Assembly (NCBI GenBank): GCA_036504975.1
Contig: DASXUF010000017.1
Span: 13,561 to 77,560, forward strand
Length of the DNA: 64,000 nucleotides
Direction: 5' to 3'
From: Candidatus Binatia bacterium
GTDB lineage: Bacteria > Desulfobacterota > Binatia > UBA9968
The position numbers were made by a program, and so were the translations under genes. The notes under the pieces were generated by a model. The model did not search any database. It saw only the letters and a list, made by a program, of their open reading frames with translations, and was not told the DNA's origin. Below, one piece after another: positions 19,061 to 29,615 of the stretch (position 1 is its first letter; the number at the start of each line of letters is the position of its first letter).

Positions 19061-19951
19061 TCACGGACTCGAACTTTGAGCCGGCACGAAGACCTCTTCT
19101 GCCGACACGGAGTACAGGACGTCACCGTATCGGACGATGGAGCGCTGTTTTTCCTTCGCCAGGTAAGTCAGCGATGACGGCGCAGCCCCGGCGGGAATAG
19201 GACCCGGAGAGACCTTCGGCTCCTCGGTCAAAGCTCCGACAGGCTGCGGCGCGGCGCGCAGGTCGAGCCGGAACATCTTCATGGTCTCGGCGATCCCTTC
19301 GGTTAACGCCGCCCGCAAAGCTGCGCCGCGATTGGCCGCCCACGCCGCTGCCGCCGCTTCGCTGTCTTTCGCCGGTGCGATGGGCGGCGTGTAGTAATGA
19401 TATTTGGCGAGATAGACTGCGTCCTCTTCATCGCGCAACCACAACGATGCTTCGGTGATAACCCACAGAGCCTGAAAATCCGAGGTCAGCTCGTATCTCG
19501 TCGCCACGGATAGAAACGCCTGTTCGGGAATCTGCTTCCGCAGCGCGGCGCGGTCTTTGTCGCTCAGCGGCTTAACCGTGGGCTCGAACTTTGCGAGCTT
19601 GATGGTCGCGATGCCGCGAAGCGTTTTCTCCAATGCCGCGTAGAACTGCGCGCGAAAATCGAAGTCGCTCACGTCCCGGCGAATGGGCTCGATGAGCTTA
19701 TTGGCGGCTGAGGCGCGGTTCGACTCCACGGCCGCGTCGACCAGCGCTAACAACATACCGCCCCCTGCCATCATACCGACGTAGGACTTCTCCACGACGG
19801 CCGTGACCTCCTCTTGCGGAATCGAGGCGTGAACGCGGGTCGGACCGACCATGGCTGCGTGCTCGGCTGTGAGTGGAATATGCACCAGCGCACATCCGAC
19901 GCCGAGAGAAGCGAACAGGAGAAAAAGGCCATAGAGCACAACACGAACCAT
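19061..19951 (-). CDS. hypothetical lipoprotein
   Basis: 296 aa with signal peptide and lipobox (LLFASLGVGC). Ala-rich, no recognisable enzyme motifs. Confidence 0.4.
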   Translation of the reverse strand: MVRVVLYGLFLLFASLGVGCALVHIPLTAEHAAMVGPTRVHASIPQEEVTAVVEKSYVGMMAGGGMLLALVDAAVESNRASAANKLIEPIRRDVSDFDFRAQFYAALEKTLRGIATIKLAKFEPTVKPLSDKDRAALRKQIPEQAFLSVATRYELTSDFQALWVITEASLWLRDEEDAVYLAKYHYYTPPIAPAKDSEAAAAAWAANRGAALRAALTEGIAETMKMFRLDLRAAPQPVGALTEEPKVSPGPIPAGAAPSSLTYLAKEKQRSIVRYGDVLYSVSAEEVFVPAQSSSP

Positions 19952-20143
19952 CGAAGCCTCCCGAACAGCGTATTCTTGCGCTGCGTTCTCCGCCGGGCTG
20001 CCGCCTTGACGTGGGGCATTGATCGGCTAGCGAATGGTAGAAAAATCGTTAAAGGCGAAATTAGAAAACGAGAGACTCAATACTATACCCGTGAGGCTTC
20101 CAGTCAAGCGGGCGGGTCTCCCACGTGAAGTGTCCGAGTCGAG

Positions 20144-20812
20144 CTATACGAACCCCATCTTCCGTCCCCAGTTCTCCGGGTCCTTTAGAAAATCGAGGAT
20201 CTGCTTGCCGGCCTCTTCGCTGAAATATTTTTTGCCGAGGCCGGCGCTGAGAACGTGGTCCCAGTTGGCGAGCGTGTGAAGCTCGATGCCGTGCTCGGCG
20301 AGAGCTTTCTTTCCTTCGTGGAGATTGAGATTGTCGGAGCCGTACTCGAAGACACAGAGGCAGTGGGTGATCTTCGAGCCCGCGGCCCGGATGCCGATGT
20401 TGAAGCGGAGCTTGCTCATGCCGTCGGTGATGAGGTCTTCGACCAAAAGCACGCGCTGGTTCTCTTCGAGGATGCCTTCGATCTGCTTGGTGCCGCCGTA
20501 TCCTTTGGGCTGCTTGCGGATGTAGATCATCGGCTTCTTGAGCTTCTGCGAGACGAACGCGGCGTACGGGATGCCCGCCGTCTCGCCGCCCGCGACGACG
20601 TCGATCTTACTCAGGCCGATTTCCGTCTCGGCCTTTTTCGCCATCTCCGTGATGATCTCCTCACGCACATCGGGGAAAGAAAGGAGCCGCCTGCAGTCAA
20701 TGTAGACGGGCGAGATGCGGCCCGATACAAAGACGAATGGCCGCTCCTTGTAGAACGCGATCGCCTCGGTCTGAAGAAGCATTTCGCCGATTCGGTTGGC
20801 AACTTCGCTCAT
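20144..20812 (-). CDS. pyrE: orotate phosphoribosyltransferase
   Basis: 222 aa. PRPP-binding motif (VLLVEDLITDGMS) and typical PyrE N-terminus (FYKERPFVFVSGRISPVYID). Confidence 0.85.
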   Translation of the reverse strand: MSEVANRIGEMLLQTEAIAFYKERPFVFVSGRISPVYIDCRRLLSFPDVREEIITEMAKKAETEIGLSKIDVVAGGETAGIPYAAFVSQKLKKPMIYIRKQPKGYGGTKQIEGILEENQRVLLVEDLITDGMSKLRFNIGIRAAGSKITHCLCVFEYGSDNLNLHEGKKALAEHGIELHTLANWDHVLSAGLGKKYFSEEAGKQILDFLKDPENWGRKMGFV

Positions 20813-21042
20813 CGCATCTCACCTCCTGAGAACAGACCGGCTATAACACAGCCGCCCGCGGTTGCCAATATGATTTACTCGCATGCCGGGGCCTTGGAAG
20901 CGATCGAGCATCGAGATCGGGAGCCGTAACTCAGTCTCTTCCGCGACAACCGTTGACACCGTCGCCAAATATAACGTATAGAGTAGCCGCTGGGTCCTAT
21001 CGTCATCAAGGTTGCGGAAAAGAGGAGCAAGGAGGATTGGTC

Positions 21043-22125
21043 ATGAGGAACCGCCTTTCATTGCTGGTCTCGTTCCTTGCCTTGCCCATCTATTTTCTTT
21101 CTACCGGCATGGCCGCCGAGCCTGAGGAGGTCTGGAGGGATCTCGCCAAGTCATCCAGCCAGGAGCGGCAGAAGCTCATGCTGTCGAAGGCCAAAGCGGA
21201 GGGCGAGGTGGCTTGGTACACAACCCTCAACGCAGATCTCACCGAACCGTTAAAGGAGAATTTTGAACGGCACTATCCAGGCATCCAAGTTAAAATCTGG
21301 CGTGGGAGGGGCGAGGGGGTAGCGCAGCGCCTTTCAACCGAGGCGAGAGCCGGAAAATACAACGTGGACGTTGTCTCCGCGGCAAACGAATATCTAGCTG
21401 CTCTCATGAAAGCCGACCTGATCGGACGGTATAACTCACCGGAGAGAAATTTCTACTCAGGCGATCATAAAGATCGAGAAGGTTATTGGACCTCGGTCAC
21501 TGATGTTTTCGCAGTCATCGCCTACAACACGCGCCTCGTCTCGAAAGTCGGGTCTCCCAAGACATATGAGGATTTCCTCGACCCAAGATGGAAAGGGCAC
21601 TTCGCCATTGACTCGACGCCTGATCGTGCCGTCATGGGATGGATTAAGGCTTGGGGAACTGAAAAGACGGAGAAGTTTTTGCAGGCGTTAATCAAAAACG
21701 GCGCGGTAGTTCGCAGCGGCCATTTGCTTACAACTCAGCTCCTCTGTGCCGGTGAGTTTCACGCCGCAATTGAACTTTACGTCTTCCAGATCATCGGTTT
21801 GAAGCAAAAGGGATGTCCTATCGAAATGGTCTTTCCCAACCCAACACCCGGTGCTGTGGCGCCTCTGGGCGTCGCAAGGCGTGCTCCACATCCTTACGCG
21901 GCGGCCCTACTGGTTGACTATCTGCTTTCCGAAGGCAGCCAGAGAATATTGGTCGAGAAAAAGCTTCATTCCGGGCGAGTTGGGATGAAGATAGAGCATC
22001 CCGACTTCGACCTCGAAAATCTGCAGCAGAGAGGTGTTCGCGTTGTTCTCTTAAACCCACTTGACGTTGAACAGCTAGGAAAACCGTACCTCGATTTGCG
22101 AACCCGCCACTTGTTAAACCGCTGA
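21043..22125 (+). CDS. extracellular solute-binding protein, family-1 (Fe3+-type) ABC substrate-binding protein
   Basis: Start at ATG 21043 (MRNRLSLLVSFLALPIYFLSTGMAA signal peptide) with GGAGGA 6-8 nt upstream. Paralog of 4775..5778. Confidence 0.55.
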   Translation: MRNRLSLLVSFLALPIYFLSTGMAAEPEEVWRDLAKSSSQERQKLMLSKAKAEGEVAWYTTLNADLTEPLKENFERHYPGIQVKIWRGRGEGVAQRLSTEARAGKYNVDVVSAANEYLAALMKADLIGRYNSPERNFYSGDHKDREGYWTSVTDVFAVIAYNTRLVSKVGSPKTYEDFLDPRWKGHFAIDSTPDRAVMGWIKAWGTEKTEKFLQALIKNGAVVRSGHLLTTQLLCAGEFHAAIELYVFQIIGLKQKGCPIEMVFPNPTPGAVAPLGVARRAPHPYAAALLVDYLLSEGSQRILVEKKLHSGRVGMKIEHPDFDLENLQQRGVRVVLLNPLDVEQLGKPYLDLRTRHLLNR

Positions 22126-22202
22126 AGAGGCTTTCTCTCTACCGTCAAGCTCGTACTCTTCGGCGCTAAAAAAGTTCTCGGCGATTTGTTCCTTTCAACC
22201 TA

Positions 22203-23099
22203 TCAATCGCTTTTGTAACCTTTCAGGAAGTCAACAAATAGCCGAACCCAAGAGGAATCCCTTCGACGTTTGTGAAAGGTAATATACAGGGTACGTTTGA
22301 CCTTCCATTCTGGAACATTCAAGATCTTGAGGCGACCTGCTTTTACATCGCTGAGAATGTGGCACTTGGTGAGTATGCTGATGCCAAGTCCCCTTGATAC
22401 CGCATTCTTTATGGCATCTCTAGTCCCCATTGCCAGACTTATCTCTACGCGGGGTTTAAAAGCAATTCCTTTCGTTGCAAATTTTTCCTCGATCAGTTTT
22501 ATTACCGGGGCACTTTTCTCGTAGCTAATAAACGACTCCTTTGCTAAGACTGTTAGCGGTACTGAGCGCTTCATGGCTAGAGGATGTTTGGGCGGGCTAA
22601 TAAATACCATCTCCTCGTCACGATAAGGCTCGGCGACGGTCAATGGAGACTCGATGTGTCTGCCAAGCAGAGCGACGTCGAGTTCGCCGTTGAGAAGTTT
22701 TTGGTGCAACGTTTCACTTGCTTGAAACGTCAGATTGACATCGATCCCCGGATATTCTTCCTTAAACTTCTCCACAGCCTGCAAGATCAAGCTCGTGCCA
22801 AACCCTGAACTGCCGACGGAGATTTTCCCCTTTTTTAAGCCCCTGAGTTCTTCCATCTCGTCTTTGATTTCCTGGACAAGCGCCAGTATGGTTTGTGCTC
22901 TCTGGAGAAGCCTCTTTCCTGCCTCGGTAAGGTGACTCTTAATACCGAGTTTCTCGAAAAGCTTGATCCCAAGCTCTTTCTGTAGCTGGATGACCATGGC
23001 TGAAATGGACGGCTGACCTACACCCAGTTCTTTGGCAGCCTCTGTGAAGCTCTGTAGCTTTGCGACCAGGGCGAAGGCTTCGAGCTGATACAGGGTCAT
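22203..23099 (-). CDS. LysR-family transcriptional regulator
   Basis: 298 aa. N-terminal HTH (MTLYQLEAFALVAKLQSFTEAAKELGVGQPSIS) and C-terminal LysR substrate-binding domain. Divergent from the hydrolase/pyrR operon. Confidence 0.85.
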   Translation of the reverse strand: MTLYQLEAFALVAKLQSFTEAAKELGVGQPSISAMVIQLQKELGIKLFEKLGIKSHLTEAGKRLLQRAQTILALVQEIKDEMEELRGLKKGKISVGSSGFGTSLILQAVEKFKEEYPGIDVNLTFQASETLHQKLLNGELDVALLGRHIESPLTVAEPYRDEEMVFISPPKHPLAMKRSVPLTVLAKESFISYEKSAPVIKLIEEKFATKGIAFKPRVEISLAMGTRDAIKNAVSRGLGISILTKCHILSDVKAGRLKILNVPEWKVKRTLYITFHKRRRDSSWVRLFVDFLKGYKSD

Positions 23100-23301
23100 G
23101 CGCGGTATTCCCGGGACCTTCCTACCATAAGAAGTCAGAGATGAAAATAGCGAATCCCATGCATTTAAATTTATAGGTGCTAGAAGAAATTTTACTCGTC
23201 ATTGCAATTGCGGCAAAGCGCTCCGGCCGGCATGCTGGCTTCGGTTTCTGTGGCGCAGTTGCAGATAGATCGGTTTTCACGCCGCGCCCGAAACTGGTAC
23301 A

Positions 23302-24603
23302 ATGCGCCCGATGAAGTCGACTGCCGCCAAGCGCGAGATTCCGACGCGCGGCCTCGCTATCAACAAAGATCGTCTGCTCGGCGATCTCAACGCCATCTCC
23401 CGGATCGGTCTCGGCGATCATGGTTCGGTGACGCGCCTGGTTTTTTCGGTGCAAGAGTTGAGGAGCCGGCAGCTCCTGATCCATTTGATGACCCAGGCCG
23501 GGCTCAAAGTCCACGTCGATCGGATCGGAAATATTTTCGGCCGGCTCGCCGGCGGCAGCGGCAAGGCCGCGGTGCTGGCGGGCTCGCACCTCGACAGCGT
23601 CATGCACGGCGGCAAGTTCGACGGTCCGGTCGGCGTCGTCGGCGCCCTGGAGGCGGTCAGAACGCTGAAGGAAAATAGAGTCGCTCTACCCTGCCCGATG
23701 GAAGTCGTCTGCTTCGTCGGCGAAGAATCGTCCCGCTTCGGCTTCTCGACTCTAGGCAGCAGTCTCGTTGCCGGTCAGGTGCGCATGAAGGACCTCACTA
23801 ATGCGATAGACGCCCGCGGCACCAAACTGGAAGATGTTCTCGCGAGCATGGGCATTTATCGCGACAACCTCCCGGCGCTCAAGCGCGATCCCGGATCGGT
23901 GAAGGCCTATCTGGAGCTGCACATCGAACAAGGGCCGGTGCTCGAAGCGAAAAAGAAAAAGATCGGCCTGGTCACTGCGATCGCCGCGCCGACCCGCCTG
24001 CGCGCGGTTTTCACCGGACAGGCGGACCACTCCGGCACGACGCCGATGGAGATGAGAAAAGACGCGCTCGTCGCCGCGGCGCAGCTCATCACTTATATCG
24101 AACAGGTTGCGAGAAAGCATTCCGCGGTGGAAAAAGGACGCGTCGTCGGCACCGTCGGCGCGCTGAAGATCGAGCCCGGCGTCATCAACGCGATTCCCGG
24201 CAAGACGGAGCTGTCGATCGACATCCGCAGCATCTCCGCCAAGGCGAAGGAGCGCGTCGCCCGCCTGGTCGAAAAGCGCGCGCGGGAGATCGCGGCGAAA
24301 AGAAATATCGCCGTGGAGATCCTGCCGATCCGCTCCGAGGAGCCGGTGCCGCTGGATGAAAAGTTGCTTTCGCTGATACAAGAGATCTGCGAGGGGAAAA
24401 AGATTCCTTACGAGATCATGCCGTCGGGCGCGGGCCACGATGCGATGCAGATGGCCAAGATCGCCCCCGCGGGCATGATCTTCATACCGAGCAAGAAAGG
24501 CATCAGCCACAGCCCGCTGGAGTGGACCGACCCGGAGGATATCTGCCTGGGAGCGCAAATTCTCCTGGAGACGATGGTGGGCGTCGCCCATGAAGAAAGC
24601 TGA
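23302..24603 (+). CDS. M20-family Zn-dependent amidohydrolase (allantoate amidohydrolase / N-carbamoyl-amino-acid / beta-ureidopropionase type)
   Basis: 433 aa. Metal-binding blocks typical of the AllC/HyuC family (GSHLDSV, GQADHSGTTPM, GAGHDAM). An alternative start lies 9 nt downstream (MKST). Confidence 0.75.
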   Translation: MRPMKSTAAKREIPTRGLAINKDRLLGDLNAISRIGLGDHGSVTRLVFSVQELRSRQLLIHLMTQAGLKVHVDRIGNIFGRLAGGSGKAAVLAGSHLDSVMHGGKFDGPVGVVGALEAVRTLKENRVALPCPMEVVCFVGEESSRFGFSTLGSSLVAGQVRMKDLTNAIDARGTKLEDVLASMGIYRDNLPALKRDPGSVKAYLELHIEQGPVLEAKKKKIGLVTAIAAPTRLRAVFTGQADHSGTTPMEMRKDALVAAAQLITYIEQVARKHSAVEKGRVVGTVGALKIEPGVINAIPGKTELSIDIRSISAKAKERVARLVEKRAREIAAKRNIAVEILPIRSEEPVPLDEKLLSLIQEICEGKKIPYEIMPSGAGHDAMQMAKIAPAGMIFIPSKKGISHSPLEWTDPEDICLGAQILLETMVGVAHEES

Positions 24604-25132
24604 AAGAAAAAGCGCCCGCATTTTGAACGGGCGGGAAATCAAAAAGCATCTCGAGCGCTTCTGCCGCGAGCTTTCGAGGCGCGAGGATTCCGGTCAGCTC
24701 GCCTTCATCGGCATACGCACCCGCGGCATCCATCTCGCCAGGCGGCTCGGCGAGATGATGAAAAAAACCGGAGGAAAGGAAATTCCTCTCGGCGAAATGG
24801 ACATCACGCTCTATCGCGACGATCTCAACACGCTGCTTCCCGACGGGAAAGTGGACCACACGCGGATTCCGTTCGACATCAACAACAAAACGATCATTCT
24901 GGTGGACGACGTGCTGCACACCGGCAGGACTACCCGCGCCGCGATGGATCATTTGATCGATCTCGGCCGGCCGAAAGCCATTCACCTCGCGGTGCTGATC
25001 GACCGCGGCGGGCGCGAGCTGCCGATCACGGCCGACTACGTGGGCGAGAAGATCGCCGTTCCCGCTGGCGGGGATGTCAAGGTCCGGCTCAAGGAAGTGG
25101 ATAGGATAGACGAAGTGGTGATCAGCAGGTAA
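24590..25132 (+). CDS. pyrR: bifunctional pyrimidine operon regulator / uracil phosphoribosyltransferase PyrR
   Basis: 180 aa with the PRTase motif (IILVDDVLHTGRTTRAA). Overlaps the upstream hydrolase by 14 nt, suggesting translational coupling. Confidence 0.85.
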   Translation: MKKAERKSARILNGREIKKHLERFCRELSRREDSGQLAFIGIRTRGIHLARRLGEMMKKTGGKEIPLGEMDITLYRDDLNTLLPDGKVDHTRIPFDINNKTIILVDDVLHTGRTTRAAMDHLIDLGRPKAIHLAVLIDRGGRELPITADYVGEKIAVPAGGDVKVRLKEVDRIDEVVISR

Positions 25133-25142
25133 GACTACCCTG

Positions 25143-26186
25143 CTATTCCCCGAATTTGATGTATTTCGTCAAGTCCTGCGTTATGCCGGCGGGCTGATTG
25201 AGAACCTCGCGAACGATCTTCAAACATTCCTCCGCCGACACATAGTCGATCACCATCTTCGCCTTCTGGGCTTCATCCAAAAGTTCCTTGTCCCGCGCAA
25301 CTTTCGCGAATGCCTCGCGCAGGATCTTCATCGTCTCGGCCGGCGTCCCCGGAGGCGCTACGAACGGCCTTCCTATTCTTTCCGGCGCCGATCGGATCGC
25401 CATGATAGCCTTTCCCTTTGCGCTGGTGGCGAGATCTTCGTCCAGCGGCAATTTCACCACGTCGGGTTCCGGGCCCCGCGAGCGGACCACCGCCCGAATC
25501 AGGCCGCGGTCGATGTAGGGTTTAACCGTCGAATAGGATCCGGCCCAGGCGTCGATTTCTTTGCGCTCGATGGCGTGGGTCACGTCCGCGCTCGAGGAAT
25601 AGCCGGGGACGATCTTGAAATTAACGCCGGCAAACTCTTCCAGCAGCAACGGAAAATCGTGGTTATTGGCGCCGGGTCCGGTCGAGCCCACGGTGACCTG
25701 CTGCTTCGACTTGCGCACGTCCTCGAAGGTCTTGAACGGCAAGTCGCTGCGGACGGTCAGCACGGTGGTCTCGGACGCGGCGCTGCCGATCCAACTGTAT
25801 TTCGTCATGTCAAATCTTATTCCTTCGACGCGGATAAGCTGGGCGATCGGGAGGTTGCGGTTGAAGGCTCCGATGGTCAAACCGTCCGGCTTAGCCGCGC
25901 TGTAGATGTGGTTCGCTGCGATCATGCTGTTCGACCCGTCCATGTTCTGAACGACCACCGTGGGGCTTCCCGGGATATATTTGGGCAGATGCTTGGCGAG
26001 CAACCGTGCGGTTCGATCGTATCCTCCCCCGGATTTATAGCCCACCACGATCGTAACGGTCTTGCTTTCGTAATAAGAGGCGGCATGGGAAACCACGGGA
26101 CTCAGGAGCAAAGCGAGAACCAAGAGGAAATACCACCAGGCCGAAAATAAAAATCCCGTTCTTACTCTCAACTCGATCATGGTCAT
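25143..26186 (-). CDS. tctC: tripartite tricarboxylate transporter substrate-binding protein (TctC/Bug family)
   Basis: 347 aa with signal peptide and Bug-family pattern (IVVGYKSGGGYD, VGSTGPGANNHDFPLLL, FKIVPGYSSSAD). Confidence 0.8.
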   Translation of the reverse strand: MTMIELRVRTGFLFSAWWYFLLVLALLLSPVVSHAASYYESKTVTIVVGYKSGGGYDRTARLLAKHLPKYIPGSPTVVVQNMDGSNSMIAANHIYSAAKPDGLTIGAFNRNLPIAQLIRVEGIRFDMTKYSWIGSAASETTVLTVRSDLPFKTFEDVRKSKQQVTVGSTGPGANNHDFPLLLEEFAGVNFKIVPGYSSSADVTHAIERKEIDAWAGSYSTVKPYIDRGLIRAVVRSRGPEPDVVKLPLDEDLATSAKGKAIMAIRSAPERIGRPFVAPPGTPAETMKILREAFAKVARDKELLDEAQKAKMVIDYVSAEECLKIVREVLNQPAGITQDLTKYIKFGE

Positions 26187-26364
26187 AATCTCCTTTCTGG
26201 CGGCTTCATGGTAACGCCATAGATATCAAGTGTCAATTCCATGGATTGAGTCCTATCAGATTGGTTCAGAAAAACTTACTGACCGCCGGGTTTCATTTGA
26301 CGGGCCGACATCACAAGTATTAACGTATGAACAATGGCCGTTTGACGAATCTTTAGGGGGTCCT

Positions 26365-28404
26365 ATGAAAGCATTCCATTTCCTTTCCCGTGTGACAAGG
26401 GTCCTGCCCGGAACGCTTCGCGGCAAGCTGACCTTCTGGTTTCTCACCCTCTCGCTCATGCCGATCCTCGCAATCGGCATCTTCGCTTACATAAACAGCC
26501 GGGCGAGTCTTGAAAGCGAAATCATGCAAAAGCTCAGCGCGATCGCGGATAACAAGCTCTTCACGTTAAAAGGTTGGATATATATCCACCGCGTGGACAT
26601 CGTGAGCCTGGCCCAGAACAACGCGATTAAAGATTTCCTCGCGCCGCTTTCCACCGCCGGTAGCGGGGCGGCGACGGCAGCCAGAATGGAGCGGGCAAAA
26701 ATCCTCGTTGAATCGCTCCAGCAAACCAACCCCCTCTACCTCGACATTCTGGTGACCGACCCTGAAGGCAAGATCATTCTTGCGAGTTCGCCGACCCTGA
26801 ACCAGACGGGCAAGACCCTCTCGGAGATCGGACTGCCAAAGATGCAAACCGGCCGTACCTTTGTGAGCCCCGTGTTTGTCTCTACCGCCGGGCAGCAGCC
26901 TGTGTACTTGATTGTGTCCCCCGTCACCGCTGAAGAAAAACTGGCGGGCTTTGTCGCCCTTGAGACCGACTTGAGCCGCATGCAGGCCCTCACGGAGGAG
27001 CGATCCGGCCTCGGGGAAACCGGCGAGGTCATGATCGTGGACCGGGATTACAGGATGCTTACCCGGTCGCGCTTCGACGTAGAATCGCCGCAGCTCGCGA
27101 AAATACCCGAAGTCGAGCCGATCCAGCTCGCGCATCAGGGAAAAAGGGGAGAAGCGTTCTTCAAGGACCACCGGGGACTGCCCGTTCTGGGCGCCTTTCG
27201 GCCGTTTTCCGAGTTGGACTCGGTCCTTGTCGCCAAAATGGATACGTCGGAAAGTCTCGCTCCGATCGCCCGTCTCCGCAACACGGTGATCGCCATCGTC
27301 GGTTTCACGGTGCTGCTCCTCGGCGGCGCTTCGCTCTTTCTCGCGCGTTCGATTTCCCGCCCCATCATTGCCGGAGCGGGATTCGCCCAGCAAGTGGCTA
27401 ACGGCAACTTGACCGCCACGCTCCCGGGCCAAACGACATCGGAAATCAATCTCCTTGCCAAATCCCTGAATAAAATGGTCGAAGACCTGAATCAGATCGT
27501 CACGCGCATCACGGATGTGGTGCAGAACACCAGCGCCGCGGCGATGCAGATCTCCGCCGCCCTGACCGAACAGGACCAAACCATCGCTTCCCAGGCCGTT
27601 TCGATCAATGAGATCACGACGACCATCAACGAGCTCGCACAGTCATCGATGCAAGTCGGAAAAACCGCTGAGGAGATGGCCGCTCAGTGGAGAGAGGCGC
27701 TGCAGACGACCGAGCGCGGAAATCTCGCGATCCAGAAGGGGATCGAGGAAATGAACCTCCTCAAATCCAAGACCGAGGGAATCGCGCTCAATATTTTGCA
27801 ACTGAGCGAGCAGATCCAAAAGATTAGCACGATCGTGCACACGGTTTCCGACATCGCCGAGCAGACCAACATGCTCGCGCTCAACGCCGCGATCGAGGCT
27901 GCGCGCGCCGGAGAGCATGGAAAAGGATTTTCGGTCGTCGCCACCGAGGTACGCAAGCTAGCTGACCAGAGTCAGAAGGCCGCCGGGCAGATCGCGGCTA
28001 TCATCCAGGAGGTCCAAGCGGCCGCTCGCAGCTCGATCTTCGCGGTCGAGGAGGGAAAGAAAGGAGTGGAGAGCGGCGTCGAAGAGGTGCTGCACGCGGG
28101 CGAGACCCTGCAAACTGTGACCTCGACGATCAAGAAAACGGTTGAATCGACTCAGGAGATCACGCTGGCGACACGGCAACAGGCGCTCGGCGTCGAACAG
28201 GTCTCCGAAGGGATGCGGAGCATCGATCAGGCAATGAAGGAAACGGTTGCGGGATCGAAGCATGCGAACACGGCCGCCTCGCAGCTTGTTCATTATGGCC
28301 AATCGCTCCAGGACCTCATCCGGAAGTTCCAGGTTGCGGACGGAGACTTCGGGACCCCGATCCGGGAGCGCGCCGATGCGAGCGAGATGGCAAGTATCGC
28401 TTAA
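26365..28404 (+). CDS. methyl-accepting chemotaxis protein with periplasmic Cache-type sensor and HAMP domain
   Basis: Start at ATG 26365 (MKAFHF..., with an AGGGGG RBS upstream). TM1, a periplasmic region of about 270 aa, TM2, HAMP, and the MCP signalling domain with highly conserved hairpin ([31 protein letters not shown]). Confidence 0.85.
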   Translation: MKAFHFLSRVTRVLPGTLRGKLTFWFLTLSLMPILAIGIFAYINSRASLESEIMQKLSAIADNKLFTLKGWIYIHRVDIVSLAQNNAIKDFLAPLSTAGSGAATAARMERAKILVESLQQTNPLYLDILVTDPEGKIILASSPTLNQTGKTLSEIGLPKMQTGRTFVSPVFVSTAGQQPVYLIVSPVTAEEKLAGFVALETDLSRMQALTEERSGLGETGEVMIVDRDYRMLTRSRFDVESPQLAKIPEVEPIQLAHQGKRGEAFFKDHRGLPVLGAFRPFSELDSVLVAKMDTSESLAPIARLRNTVIAIVGFTVLLLGGASLFLARSISRPIIAGAGFAQQVANGNLTATLPGQTTSEINLLAKSLNKMVEDLNQIVTRITDVVQNTSAAAMQISAALTEQDQTIASQAVSINEITTTINELAQSSMQVGKTAEEMAAQWREALQTTERGNLAIQKGIEEMNLLKSKTEGIALNILQLSEQIQKISTIVHTVSDIAEQTNMLALNAAIEAARAGEHGKGFSVVATEVRKLADQSQKAAGQIAAIIQEVQAAARSSIFAVEEGKKGVESGVEEVLHAGETLQTVTSTIKKTVESTQEITLATRQQALGVEQVSEGMRSIDQAMKETVAGSKHANTAASQLVHYGQSLQDLIRKFQVADGDFGTPIRERADASEMASIA

Positions 28405-28452
28405 GCCGGCCATTGAGGACCAAAAAGAAACAGGCTACAATCACACGCAGTC

Positions 28453-29580
28453 ATGAAAATTCCCTGCGCGATTTATCGCGGCGGCACGAGCAAGCCGATT
28501 TTTTTCCTGGAAAAAGACCTGCCGCGCGACCCTAAAGAAAGAGATCAAGTGGTGCTCGCCTCCTTCGGCAGCCCGGACATGCGACAGATCGACGGACTGG
28601 GCGGCGCCGATCCGCTGACGAGCAAGGTCGCCTATATCGGTCCACCCGCCGTGCCAGGGACCGATATCAACTATACCTTCGGTTACGTCGGCATCGCGTC
28701 TCCGGTGATCGACTACACCGGGAACTGCGGCAATACCTCCGCCGCCGTCGGGCCGTTCGCGCTGCTGCGCGGGTTGATCGACGCTAAAGAGCCGATCACC
28801 AAGGTCCGCATCTACAACACCAACACCAAAAAGATCATCGTGGCCGAATTTCCGGTGCGAGGCGGAGAATTCCAGAGCGAGGGCGATTTCCGCATCGACG
28901 GCGTTCCCGGCAGCGGGTCGAAGATCCTGCTCGGCTTTCTCGACTCCGGCGGTTCGGTGACCGGCAAGCTCCTGCCGACGGGAAAAGTCAAAGAGGAAAT
29001 TCAGTTTCCCACGGTCGGCAAGCTGACGGTATCTATGGTGGACGCGGCCAACCCGTTCGTGTTTGTTCGCGCGGCGGATTTAGGTCTCCCAGACGACGCC
29101 ACGCTTGACGAAGTCGCCGGCAACGATCCGCTGCTCAAAAAATGCGAGGAGATCCGCTCGGTCGTGGCCGAGATCATGGGCATCTCTAAAAAAGACGACG
29201 CGACGCAAAAAAGTCCCGGCGTGCCAAAGATCGCTGTCGTCTCCCCGCCCACGAGCTACCAAACGCCGAAGGGCAAAGTGGAAGCGCGCGAGGTCGACGT
29301 GATCGCGCGCATGACCGCGCTACAAAAGCTGCACAAGGCCTACGCCGTCACCGGCGCGGTCTGTCTCGGCGCGGCGGCCAAGATCGAAGGAACGATAGTT
29401 CACGAAATTTACCGCCGAGTCCAGCCCAATAATCCGCCCGCAGTGAGGATCGGACATCCCTCCGGCACGATTCAAGTCGAGATCGAGACCGCGAAGAATA
29501 ACGGCGGGCTCACGCTTTCCAAAGCCGCGCTGGCGCGCACCGCCCGCCTGCTCATGGACGGCCACGTCTACCTGCCGTAG
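28453..29580 (+). CDS. PrpF/AcnD-accessory family isomerase (2-methylaconitate isomerase / 4-oxalomesaconate tautomerase family)
   Basis: 375 aa. The N-terminus (IPCAIYRGGTSKPIFF) and overall diaminopimelate-epimerase-like pattern are hallmarks of the PrpF family. Confidence 0.7.
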   Translation: MKIPCAIYRGGTSKPIFFLEKDLPRDPKERDQVVLASFGSPDMRQIDGLGGADPLTSKVAYIGPPAVPGTDINYTFGYVGIASPVIDYTGNCGNTSAAVGPFALLRGLIDAKEPITKVRIYNTNTKKIIVAEFPVRGGEFQSEGDFRIDGVPGSGSKILLGFLDSGGSVTGKLLPTGKVKEEIQFPTVGKLTVSMVDAANPFVFVRAADLGLPDDATLDEVAGNDPLLKKCEEIRSVVAEIMGISKKDDATQKSPGVPKIAVVSPPTSYQTPKGKVEAREVDVIARMTALQKLHKAYAVTGAVCLGAAAKIEGTIVHEIYRRVQPNNPPAVRIGHPSGTIQVEIETAKNNGGLTLSKAALARTARLLMDGHVYLP

Positions 29581-29615
29581 TGCTGCGATAATATTTTCGG
29601 CGCGAGCGCTCAGCC

